DNA from: Callorhinchus milii | Lineage: Eukaryota | Reading direction: 5' to 3' | DNA: 64,000 nucleotides | Assembly (NCBI RefSeq): GCF_018977255.1 | Contig: NW_024704745.1 | Location: 12,276,001-12,340,000 of the forward strand | Shown here: positions 23,151-35,360 of the stretch, one piece after another | Position numbering within the stretch: the first letter of the stretch is position 1 | How the letters are laid out: every line of letters begins with the position of its first letter | Made by a program: the position numbers and the translations under genes | Notes under the pieces: model-generated | Databases searched by the model: none | The model's input: only the letters and a program-made list of their open reading frames with translations | What the model was told of the DNA's origin: nothing

Positions 23151-23901
23151 GAGCACAAAATGTTTCAAAAGGAAAGTTAAATGTGGCTCTGTTTTTAAGT
23201 GCCCGACTGAGAAATGTAGGCAGCACAATGTGAGGATTTGCATAAAGCGTAAATTCTTTTTAAGTCCCTCCTAGTTAATAGTCGTATCAACATCTAACGG
23301 TTTACATCTAATTCTCTATAGTAATTTTAACATCCAATTTCCTTTGTAATAATGAGCCATTAAAATCAGGGAGTAGGCTGCTTTCAACATTTCAGCATTT
23401 TCTGAATCCTCTCAGCTATACCATTAGCCCTCACTGCTATCTTTGAAGCTTATAAGGAATGCTTCCTGTGGTTCACTGCACTTCTGTTCTGGTTTAATTT
23501 GTTTGCAGAGAGTTTTTTTTGCCTGAACAGCATACCTTCAAATATTTCACCGCTCTTTAAAACTATTCAAATCAATATTATTGAATGGCACTAGAGGAGA
23601 GCAAACTGAGCTTTAAAATTGCTGCAGGGTATCGTGGAACCTTTGCCTCCATGAAGCATTTATTATGTACAAATCCATTCTCAGAACAAGCTTCACTGGT
23701 AAATCATGGGACGCTTCTCTTTCAATTTTGCAGTCTGAAATTTGCTGCTATTTCTAGCAGGATTGAAGTTAATAATAATAATACCAATAATCCTTGCATT
23801 TGATATAGCATTTTCATATTAAGACAATATTTCAAAGTGATTTATTGTAAAATGTAATGATAATTTATGGTATTGAGCAGCACAAACTGAAAGCAAATTG
23901 T

Positions 23902-24225
23902 GGAGTCCTGTAGCTCAGTTGTTGGAGCACTCGCCTCGCAAGTGAGAGACCTGGGTTCGACTCCCGGCAGGGCGAAACCTTGGGCAGGTTTCCTTACTCC
24001 ACACACCTGATAATAATCCCTCAAGAAAAAAAACAATAATAAATTGATCACTTCAATTCACGACTGTTTGTGGGACACTGCTGTGCGCAATTGGCTGTCG
24101 TGTTTCAACCATAAAATATAGTCAATTCATTTTACAGTATATTCTGCGAAGGGCTTTGAGATGTCTAGAAGACGTGATAAGGTGCTATATCAAATGCAAG
24201 GATTATTATTAATATTATTATTATA
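23902..24225 (+). mobile_element. tRNA-Ala SINE, short form
   Basis: ggagtcctgtagctcagttgttggagcactcgcctcgcaag...ggttcgactcc plus tail. Confidence 0.9.
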
Positions 24226-24229
24226 ATGT

Positions 24230-24508
24230 GTGTTGGAGGCAAATGAGACAGCCAATTTGCATATTGGGATAACAAGTCTTTCCCTTTTTTGAAGTTCTAT
24301 GAGATCTCCAGGTCCACCTGAACAAGCAGACAGGACCTTAGGTTAACATCTCATTGGAAGGATGGCACCTCCCAACACTGCAGCACACCCCCACCATTGT
24401 ATTGGAGTGTCAGCGCAGACTATAAGTTCAAAGTCCTGACATGGGGCCTGTACCCATAACCTACTAACTCCGAGGCAAGAGTATTACCAACCGAGCCAGG
24501 GTGACACT
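24230..24508 (-). mobile_element. Old DeuSINE
   Basis: ccacctgaacaagcagacaggacc...ggatggcacctcc...ggagtgtcagc...gagccagggtgacac. Confidence 0.75.
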
Positions 24509-24589
24509 TGAAAAGCTTTTATCCCCAGATGTCTTTAACAGCACTACACTGAGAGAAATTTTCTGACAGGAAAGGGTTTCTTCCTCTGG

Positions 24590-24880
24590 GTTTGATTCTC
24601 AAGCAAGCGAAATGTTGGGCAAGTTTCCTTACTCCACTCGCCTCTGTTTACCTAATAGTAAGTAGGAACCCGGTTGTTAAAGATTGGCGGGTAATAATTC
24701 CTTTCTTCCAAAACAAAATTGGTCACTCAATCCATGACTGTTTGTGGGACCCTGCTTTGCGCAACTGGTTGCCACATTTCGCCCACAAAATATACAGTCA
24801 ATTCACTTTACAGTATATTGTGTGAACTGCTTTGAGATGTCTAAAATTCATGATAAATGCAAGGATTATTATTATTATAA
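24590..24880 (+). mobile_element. tRNA SINE long form, 5'-truncated
   Basis: gggcaagtttccttactccactcgcctctgtttacctaatagtaagtaggaacccgg plus tail. Confidence 0.85.
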
Positions 24881-26094
24881 AAATATCTTTACAAATAAAA
24901 ATATCTGTGAGAACAAATATGCATTACCAGAAAACGAGTGGCTTTCGCCTTCAGGTGCCCTTAGCAGCCAGTGGCATTCCTACAGACATAAAAAAAGCTT
25001 TGTGTGCTTGTGTTGTCCTGAATAGTCTCTTTGTAAGTCTTTACACTAGTTTGCAAGCCATAAGCCAGAAATGTCCATCAGCAGGATAATTATTGCAGTG
25101 GTAGGATGTTCTTCTGGTTGTATATCGCGGAATTGCTGTTGGGAGACTTATGGAGAATTATACATTGAAATTCTGGAATGGAAACTTGTGGTCATTCTGT
25201 TCTGAATATATGCTAATTGATCTTCTATTTCCAATTGATTGACCCAGTTGATTAGAATTTTTTTAAAATTGGAGCATGCAGAGCATGCATTTTGCACTTC
25301 TTCGCCAGATGGTGGCCTCAAAATAATTCTAAAAGTAAAATACTGAAATACTGATTGGCTTGGTTTCCTGAACAAATGGGCTGAAATTCTGGATGGCATT
25401 AAGTGCAGTGCCTTTGGCAATCTTGGCTGGATTTCCACCTTATAATTCACTAAAGATGCTACAGACAATGACAACTGGAATTTCAATCCCAAAGGTTAAA
25501 CTACAACATGATGCTAATTCATTTTGAATTGGGCTGAAGGAGGAAACAATCTCCAGAAATCAGAAGAGTATTGAGCCCCAAACCAATTGTTAAGTGTAGG
25601 AAAAAAGCAGCACAAATTCTATCCACATGATAGTTAACACTGGTCTCAGGTATCACATTACAGACTACCAATCTTTCCCTATTATCTCCCTTAGCTCCAT
25701 TCTTGCTTACTAATTTTACATCTATCTACATTGGACTCCATTTGGCATCTGCTGACCCAGTTACTTGAAAGAACCAACTCCAAATTATTTAGCAGTCCGA
25801 TTGTGTTGTTTCCTACTGGTAGAAATCAAAATTCTTGCTTCTGACACTTGTGTCTTTAAGAGTATGTTTACCTGAAACCTGAGAACAGGTTGTATTCTCC
25901 AACAATCATTGACATGGGATTGATCAGCACAATCTGAAAGCAAATTGTGCTGGAGGTTGAATGCAGGAATCAATGTCAGCACATGGTTTCAGCATTTTAT
26001 CCACTTGCACTGCAAATTCAATGCATGTGAAATGATTCAGGCTCAGCCTAGCAGTATTCCCTTATAAGATCTTGGGCAATCCAATGGACCACTT

Positions 26095-26460
26095 ATTTAT
26101 AATAATCCTTGCCTTTACATATGGCCCCTGTTCCTAATCGCTTTACTGCTGAGAGCAATATTTCTTTGCTTCCAACAGTGTGTCATCAAGATGTCTCAAA
26201 GAACTTAACACAAATTACTATAAAGTGTAGCGACTGTGTATTTTGCAGGGGAATGCGGCAGCCAATATGTGCACAGCAACCGCTCATAAATAGCCATGAA
26301 ATGAATGACTAATTGCATTTGGTGAATTGTTGGCCAGAACACTAGGAGAAACTTTCTTCTCTTTTTAAATAGTGCCATGGAATCTTTAATGTCCACCTGA
26401 TCTGGCAGACAGGACTACGGATTAATATTTCATCTGAAGGACGGCACATCCAACAATGGG
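26095..26460 (-). mobile_element. Old DeuSINE, 3' part
   Basis: agtgccatggaatctttaatgtccacctga...ctgaaggacggcac. Confidence 0.75.
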
Positions 26461-29400
26461 AGTTAGTGGGTTAGCCAGTTAGTGGGATTCCTTTTCCAAA
26501 TCGCCTTAATGCTGAAAGCAATATTTCTTTGTTTCCAGCAGTATAAACAGGTCATTAAAGAGATGAGAAAAATAGCTTTAAACAAAGAGGAAAATTAAAA
26601 ACAATTACAATGTGGTTAGACTCGGATCCAATATCAAATTGATTTTCCAGTTCAGTTATTTTTAACACGTCATCAACATAGCTGAACAGCACGGATTTGC
26701 AAATCACAAACCATTAGAATATTCATCAAACAAATCAGTTCATCAGTACTGCTAAAAAGGTTCATTGCCATTTTACAGAGTTCACAAAAGCAACAAAAAT
26801 CATGCTGCCGAATATCTTTTTATGAGATCTTTTATTCTGCATGTTTGATAGGGAATTTCTGCAATAATAAAACATCAAGCACGAAATATGAATGGGGTCT
26901 CCAGCAGCACAGATTCTATTGAAGCCAAGTTCCAGAGGCCTGAGATTTGTCACAGTCTAAGACTTAAGAAGGTTGTCTTAAAATGTAAAATCGGGAGTGA
27001 TTTTAGAATTTGTTTGCATTCAACCTAAACTTGGAAGCCTGTTTTCCATAGTTCTTGAAAATATAAGAATTGTGGAAAATCCTGCAGCATCATCTTAAAT
27101 TTTAAGATTTAAATTGTAAAGTGTTACATTTAATTAAAAATAAAAGTTTTAATTAAATTAATTTAAGTCTTAAGGAATGAGAAATTTCCAGCCCCTGAAG
27201 CTCTGTGTGAAAGGTGTTTTCGGGAGTAGTGTGGCTTTGTATCTGTGCAGTATACAAAATGAGAGCACATATTTCTTTCAGTGTTCTGGTCAACATGCTT
27301 CCAGATAAAATTGATCATTCACTTCATGGCTGTTTGTGGGAAATTACTGTACAATGTTTGCCTACAAATACACAGTCAATATACATTACAGCAATTACCG
27401 TAAAGTGCTTTGAGAAGTTTTGACATTGTAAGTGCTAATATTAAATGCAAAAATTAAAGCCATTATTATTATTTGAATGAAGTGATTGCAAGTCATATGG
27501 CTGGGGCAGAATAAACTCAGCTTCCCGCTGTGCATTGCTTTACTGTCAAGAACCACGCATATGAATAAACACATTGTTATTTATATCAGAGACACTGAAG
27601 TGTTTTTTTTTCAATCTCTTGCGATAATAAGTGAGACACTCTGTGACTTCATTCATTTATTCAGCATATGAGAGTCATTTTGGCCCTTGTAAACTTGGCA
27701 ACTCTGAGGCTACAATCATGCACATACATTGGATGTACACATTGCTTAGAGTGAAAAAGCAAAGAGAAATTCCTCAGCATAGCACAGTACAGACGTGTGG
27801 CTTTTAAGATGTTGGAATCCACCTGAATTGTGCGCACTCTGACTTTATTTATTCAAGGAGCCTCAAGTGAAATGAAATTGATCAAAAAATAGGTCAAAAA
27901 CTGTATTGCACAGAGGAGTGCGGTACCAAGAGTTGAGAAAAATGTTCGGTTTTATTTGATCATCCTCCAGAGCATTGTCCTATTTGTTGTAACCTTGCTG
28001 CCTGTGAAGGGTAATAAAATGAGAGAGAGATCAGTAAATTTCATCGGGTTTAACCCTTCACCTAGTTGAGTAAAACTAAACCTAATTTTCAGCCAGCATG
28101 CCCCCCCCCCACCCTTTCAGTGTATACACAATGTAGCTTCTCATCTTCCTGAAATTTCATTAAACGTTAGCCTGAAAGGGCATTTCGTTTCTAACTTTAA
28201 GAGGAGAAAAATGCAAACATCTTCAAGCGTCAGCCTTAAAATGAAAATACCTGCTTCCAAATTAAGATTCGGCTTAAGAATTTTCCACAGGGAATCCTAA
28301 ATTTAAGATAATACAGTCTTAACATAAGGACAAGGAAGAATGTTTTGTCCTCTTTGTTCTTATCTGTTGGCTGGTTTGTATAAAATGATCATTATGATTA
28401 TCAGACGGTAGCTCTTACTGCCTGGTATGCCTGGCCTGGTGACTGCGAAAAGGAAAGTGTTTTATCCAGGTGTGTGAGAGAGACAGACATCCTTAAGCTC
28501 TCCTCATGCTGAGCGATTGTGAAGGACCAGATTGACAAGCGTTCAGTGCAATCTGTTCCACACTCCCAATAGAAAGAGACAGGTGGCGTTGAGCATCATA
28601 GAAGGAAGAAGCGAGAAGAAAATGGAGAACAGACAACCATAAACACTACAAGTAGTGCTCGAAAATAACTAGCATTTAGTGTTCCACTGAGCAAGCAATC
28701 CTATCAACAATTATCAGGTGAAGATGAAAGAAGATGCATGAATCCTAAAACAGAGCTCTTACTGTTTCTTAGACACTAGCTTCTGCTTTAGAGCGACTAA
28801 ATTGCTTTTGCTTGTAAAATTCTATGGAGAGTTTTGAAATGTTTCACCGTGATATCTAAGGTAAAGATTATTATTATTTAATACAAACTGCTCCCACACT
28901 GTGAAATGAAGATTGTATCACAGCTGTATAGAGGGAGTAAACGATTTGGTTTGAGATTAGATGTGAAGGAAGATAATGCAGAAAATGCACTGTAAAATGG
29001 ATCAGCATTGATGGTGGGTTTACACAACAGATAGATCTGCAGGCACTGGTATTCCTGGGACTTGAAATGTAAAGAAAGGAGCAGGCTTTGAGGTGGCATA
29101 CACTCACACATGACACAACAACCTCATACGTTGCCTGCATGCACATAACATTTTATGCTGCTTTCCAGACAACTGCTGCCTAAGTGATGGAAACAGAAAT
29201 AGGAGGAAAAGGTCCTGGAGCAAAGCAAGCTGTCATTTCAACCAGCGACCGATCAGGAAAATGTGTCTCAGATTTTCTGGGTTCATATACACTACGCGTA
29301 TGATGTAATCATCAAGTCAATTGCATGATCTAAAAGGAAATTAGATCAAAAGGTGGAAAATAACAGGTACAGGAAAGAGGAGGGGAAATGGCATTAGAGA

Positions 29401-29829
29401 AGAAATGCCATTTTTCAGTAGGGACTGAGCAAACCACAGACACGATGGACCAAATGGCCTCTTTTGTGCTAAACATGATTGAGTTTGAAACTATAATTCC
29501 AGCTTGCAGCCATCGGTACAGCTGTACCATAGCTTGCGCCTTTTTTTCTTGGTTGTTAGCACCCAGAGACCTAAAATAAGATTGGCTCTTCATTAAGGAG
29601 TTCAAGTGGAAAATTTCACACAGTCTTTTTTTTTTGCAAAGTGTGCAGTAGGAAATAAAGGGCTTGACGAATACTATGCCGGAACCATTGTTACCACGTA
29701 AGAATAAATAGTTGCAAAAGTTGTTTGAATCGCAAAATCGCAGCCAGAAAGTTGACTCCCAGTTTTCAAATGGTTAAGAATCAGAATAATTGAACTTAAA
29801 ATCTATTTAGGCATATCCATTTCAGAGTT

Positions 29830-30075
29830 TAGAATTGATATAGATGACAGTGTCGCCTGTGCACATTCCAATGCAACATAATTCAGTGTATTTGGGCAAA
29901 TCATTTATGGATACAGGAAGAGTAGTGAACTGACTATCAGGCCCCAAGGAAAAAACAACTGGAACAGGCAAAGGGTTGGAACACACAGAGTTTGTTTTAA
30001 CAACTATTTGCCTGAAGGATAAATAAGAACAAAACCAATTTGTCACCACTGGAGGGAAAGCTGAAGAGATCAATC
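29830..30075 (-). mobile_element. LINE reverse-transcriptase remnant (L2/Rex-like clade)
   Basis: WFCSYLSFRQIVV...PLPV...LGP....SINDLP...IGMCTGDTVIY resembles a degraded WFxSYL.R.Q.V...GVPQGSxLGP..YINDLP..YADD. Confidence 0.7.
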
Positions 30076-30409
30076 GTATCTTTAATATATGATGATTAAT
30101 AGTCTGAAAGACTTTAATATTGTTGTATTAAAAACAAAACCGTTTATAAAAAGACTTTAAAGAGATCAGAAAATATGACACAAATGTCTTGATGATATTG
30201 GTGGCTTTCCAATGGTGAATATAACTGTTGCCATCTTTACTGTAAACTAAGCTTCTCTACCTTCCGAAAAACCTGCAAATTTGTGAATTTATATTTACCC
30301 ATAAATATTTCCTTTTTTTTTCATTGCATCTGTAAAGGATTCAAATTTGATGAATGGGCTAGGAATGGAATTTGACTAAGCGCCTTGGGGAAAGATAAAT
30401 GATGTCTGC

Positions 30410-30880
30410 TTGGAGATGAGCTGGCTCCAAGGTGATGAGCTTGTCAACTGAATGTCGGAATTGAGTCAATTCACTGTGGCAATCTTGGTAGTTCAGTTCT
30501 GAGCTAAGCGGATATGCAGTACTCCAGGATATTGCTGATGAAAGTCCAGCCAGTTCATCAACAAGACTTCCAAAGGAGACCAGTCAATGCCAGGAGGGAC
30601 TCTTCCCATTCAGCTCCTGTTAACACTGCAAACCCAAACCCTAATGGGTGGGATAGTCCTAAATGGACAAGCAGTGGAAGCTTGCCAGACATTGCTCTCA
30701 ATGGCAAACTATATGGTTTTAGCAGGTTACACTCCAGCAGTAGCCCCAACATGCATTCTGGGGTCCCCAATTTGGATTCTTTTGCCAACCTGCCCTTAGT
30801 ATCCACAGAATTAGGTAAATAGGGTGCATCATTCGGGTGGGGGGTGGAGAGTGCACATTCCATTCTAGACACAGGGGAAT
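30410..30880 (+). mobile_element. Unclassified interspersed repeat (family X)
   Basis: gagctggctccaaggtgat...gcagtactccaggatattgctgatga...cagctcctgttaacactgcaaac...cagaattaggtaa. Confidence 0.75.
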
Positions 30881-33304
30881 TTCCTGTATTTGGAACTATA
30901 ATTATATTGCTATTATGGTAATGCAGGTGACCAAAACAAAAGACTAACAAATGCGGAACTGGAGTGCTTAGTGTTCAATTTCATAGTTATTTCTGATTTA
31001 AAGTAATAGATAAATGCAGGTCCCTTTAAGGAAGTTGCAGTTTTATTTGACATAATCCAGCTTTTAAACTTTGTTCATTCACGCATATAAGCCCCTGTGG
31101 ACTTTGATCACAAAGACCTTTTGACGCAATCTACAAAGCTCCAACCTGCTGCCATCAAAACCAACTGTTTTTTTTTCTCTCTTCATAAAAGGTGTGCTGC
31201 TTTTAGGAATGTTTCAGAGAGGCTCATGGTCTTTGCCTCGTACATTACTGGCCTTTGTGGTGCTTGATGACCCCCTAATTCCCTCTCTGTGCACCAGACT
31301 ATTAAAGTAGTTGGGTACATATTTAGCTCTGAATAGTGACCAGAACCATTTGTACACTTTTGAAAAAGCATCTCTCAGAGGAGTTTAGCAAATGGTCGAA
31401 AGACCTTATCCAAATTGATAATCTTGAGCTTGCAATAGAAAGGGACAGCTGCCACAAACAAAATACAGATGCTGGAAATCATTTTAAGAAAAAAGGTTCT
31501 ATTGATGGTTCTTTCCAGCTCTTTTTGAATCATTCAAATGGAAAGTGATCTTTGCTTTGTCTTTTACTGTGCGTAATTGTTAGAATTGAACTTATTGTCT
31601 TTTTTTTACCCGCTTATTGCAATATATAAAAGAAAAATCAATAAAAATCATCAAATCATCCTGACCTACTCTTAATGTAGTTTTGAGGTGGATCTAGTAT
31701 GCATGCTTGGTATAGTCTTCTATTGACAATGGCAATGGATTTACAAATATTGTGCTTGACACTCAGGGAGAATTTCCACTGGGTCCAGGTCTATTCTATT
31801 TATGTCATATTTCAGAGAGTCCAGAATTTGGCAAATTCTTATATACAGCCTTAATTTTGATGCTGGCTTTCTCTTAAGTTCTTTTAAGAACTGCAGAAAA
31901 CCAACTAACCAACTTCAAAATTAAGATAGGATTTAATAATTTGCCAATTTCTGGATACTCTGGAATGCTGCATAAACAGAATAAATCTGGACCCAGGAAC
32001 ACTCTTTCCTCAGGAGTCCAGAATGTCACGGCCATAGATGAAGGATAAATAAATGTCATACAGTTTTAAAGAAGCCTAAAATACACATTCCCCCAAATGT
32101 AGAACGTGTGATTTAAAAACTTTTCTTGCCAAATGTACATTATCATAAGCATTACGGTTGCGAACCACAGGAAAAAGGATTCACATTCACTCCTAAAAGT
32201 TTCCATCGACAGTAGTATTCCCTTGTTGAAATCACGCATAATCTTCATAGCTCAATGCCAGTCCTGTGCATTTGTTATTTTCACCCTCGCATTTGAAAAA
32301 GTGGATCTCATTGAGCTGCACATCAGGAAGCAATCAACTGCTTTTATAGTGGTTGGAAAGCAAAATCTTATTTATAGGTGCATCTGCTAGAATTTTTTGA
32401 TCAGAAAACATTCAGTTCTGCTTTCTGATCAGATGCCCACAGTCACAAGCAGAGGAAGGCCAGTCCAGGTCTTAATCCCCTCCATTTTCATGTTCTGGCA
32501 CAGTAATAAGTAATAGCTCACTGTTCTGATTGATGAATCTTCAGCAAAGCCTGCAATGACTCACTATTCAACAGGACATCATTTAATGAGAAAAGGTAGT
32601 TCAACCCACGAAACTCACTTGTTTCACAGTCAGGCAATATACCCGATCATAGACTGTACACAATTTATTTAGTTCTTTGATATCAATTTTCGCATAAACA
32701 CTCATTTTCAAAGGCAATGCAGAAAACTACCAGTATGTCTGACACATCATCCACCTGAGAGACCCACGCACCTCCTGTGGTGTATGTATCACTTTCTGTA
32801 CCATCATTTCATATAACAACTCCATTAAGCTGAGGATTAAGCATTAGGTTGTTCATAAATCCAGAAAAATTCCCATCACCATGAGCTAATTGTGTTTGTT
32901 CAGTTCAGTTCAATGCAATGTTATGCTGAAGTGAACATTAATATTACGGTAATTTCTAATATCACCAATATCAGTGGTTTTATTAGTCTGAGGCTAATCC
33001 TATACTGGTAAAATATACACTTGAAACACAATTTTCAAGCTATCAAAACACTGTAAATAATTAAATTTTCCTTGCCCTAAGGTCCCATGTTTCCCTATTC
33101 ATTTCTATTATCTTGTTTTCCTTTTTTTCATATCAACGTTTACCTTGTTGACCTTTCCCGCTGAAAACAATTGGACAGGTATCACTGCATTGGTATCACA
33201 CTGCATTAGATAGTCTGATTGTGGTGAAATTAAATAGATTAGAGTCAAAATGTCTTTTTAATATGTAAATACAGCTATAGCAAATGATTAAACTGTAGCT
33301 CAGT

Positions 33305-33597
33305 GGAGTCCTGTAGCTCAGTGATTAGAGTACTCGCCTTGGAAGCGAGAGAACTGGGTTTGATTCCCGGCAAGCCGAAATCTTGGGCAAGTTTCCTTAC
33401 TCCACATGCATGATAATAATCCCTCAAGAATAAAACGCAATAATAAATTGGTCACTTCAATCCACGACTGTTTGTGGGACGCTGCTGTGCGCAATTGGCT
33501 GGTGCGTTTTACCCACAAATATGCAGTCAATTCACTTTACTGCATATTCTGTGAAGCGCTTTGAAGACACCTTGAAGACGTGATAAAGTGCTATATC
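33305..33597 (+). mobile_element. tRNA-Ala SINE, short form
   Basis: ggagtcctgtagctcagtgattagag head; family body and tail. Confidence 0.88.
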
Positions 33598-33599
33598 GG

Positions 33600-33770
33600 T
33601 AGCTGAGCCTTCAGTTCCTACATCCCTAACCACTGCAATTCCCTCCCTCTATTACTTTATCTCAGCCCCTCTCTTTCTATCTTTAAATCCTGTCTTGAAT
33701 CCAACTTCTTTGAATGCACCTATAACCGTCGTTTACTGGCCTCTTCTCTTTCCCTTGCTTGGCATCCTAC
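33600..33770 (+). mobile_element. L2 LINE 3' fragment, old
   Basis: gccttcagttcctacatccctaaccactgcaattccctccctct...tttaaatcctgtcttgaatccaacttctttga. Confidence 0.55.
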
Positions 33771-34669
33771 CCTTTAAAGATGTTACCCAACATGAAGGCG
33801 CTATTTGCCTACAAGTACAGAGTTACTATTTTTCACAGTAAAATCCTGTGAAGTGCTTTGAGATGTCTCGATGGCATGATAAGGTGCTATACCAAATGAA
33901 GGATCATTTATTCATTATTGTTGTTCCCACATGCCACGGCACTTTTAGTATTCCAAAGGGACCTCAAGCGCCGTGTGAATTTATACTCACCTTAATAGAA
34001 TTTGACTGAATTCACGCTAGGTGCTAGGTAGATTAAATTCAAAGCAAAACACTGCGTGAAATTTTGGATTAGAATTAAATATTCTATTATGTATCTAATC
34101 CTAAATCAATAGATGGCTCTCGGTAAATCATATTTAGAAAGTCCTCTTCACAGTGAATGAATTCAATCAAGGAAAATCAGACTTCAAAGATTATTGTTTA
34201 ATTAAATAAATACTTTGCTTAAGAACATTGAAATCAACATGCTGAAAGGTCTGATTAAGTTGAAAGTCACTTTTTTTTAATAATTTCAGATATTAAACTC
34301 TCAACAAAATGAATGTAAATGGTTGTTTAACATTGGCAGCTTTGGAGCCCCTCCACAAAACTGATTTATCAATGATTCATTTATATTGAAATAAAACATC
34401 CCCGTACCAGAGGGACAGAAGTGAGGGCTACCTGATCTGGTTTACTTTTCAATGACTTCAGCTGTAATAGAAGTCCAGAGCTACACAAAGCCGAGGTCTG
34501 TCTCATAGCCTATCCAGTGTTCTCTTGATTTACGTCTATTCTGATCTGTTCCAGGAAATGCCATGTTGTGTCCCCATGTGTTGCTAAGCAACTGCAAAAA
34601 AGTAATTAAACACAGCCTTGCTGTGTCACATGAGACTGTTATAAAATAACTGGGCTAAAAAGAATACCC

Positions 34670-34808
34670 TCTTCCCCCCCCCCGTCTTCCACCCTCCGCG
34701 ATCCCGACACCCAGCTCAGGTCCGAAACACTGATTGTCCAGCGCCTTGGGACGTCCTCCCGACATGAAAAGCGCGATACAAATGTAATTTTGTTGTTGTT
34801 GTTGTTGA
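34670..34808 (+). mobile_element. L2 LINE extreme 3' end
   Basis: cagcgccttgggacgtcctcccgacatgaaaagcgcgatacaaatgtaattt followed by (gtt)n. Confidence 0.75.
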
Positions 34809-34919
34809 TCAAGAGTGACAGAAGCCAGTGTTTCCTAACCTTTTTTTAAACTAGAGACCAACTCGGTTTTTCCTTAAAATGTGGCAGGCCAGTCACGAAT
34901 TAGCCTGTCAAGACAATCT

Positions 34920-35360
34920 AAAACCTGTTCACTCAAAGTAAAGGGATCCCCAGTGTAAGAGGGAAAAGCTATCAGCAACGATTAGACAAGCTTGGGCTCT
35001 TCAGTCTTGAGAGAAGATGTCTCAGAGGGGACCTGAGAGAGGTGCATAAAATTTTAAATGGGTTTGAAAATGTAAACCCAGGACAGTACTTTAGAATGTG
35101 CTATGATAGTGGAACAAAAGGACACAGGTCTAGAATTGCAAACAAAGGGCAATTTCAGGACAGAAAGCAGGATGTTTTTCTTTACCCGGAGAGTAACTGA
35201 CAACTGGAATTGCAACAGGAAAGAAGGTTGAAGCCAAGACACTGGACTTGTTTAAAAATAAACTTGATGCTGTGATGGGAGGATGGTAGGGTGGGTATTC
35301 TGGAAGGATAAGATGAGACGGGCCGAAAGGCCTTCATCATCAGATCTAATCTTGTGATCT
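34920..35360 (+). mobile_element. CR1 LINE 3' fragment
   Basis: cttgggctcttcagtcttgagagaagatgtctcagaggggacctgagagaggtgcataaa...gggccgaaaggccttcatcatc. Confidence 0.85.

Noticed and set aside
30520-30600. Hammerhead ribozyme in family X (CTGATGA motif)
   Set aside because: No GAAA after a stem II in any copy, so the catalytic core is incomplete.
30514-30822. Family X as a protein-coding gene family
   Set aside because: Two different frames look equally conserved between copies and each has stops in other copies; no domain is recognisable.
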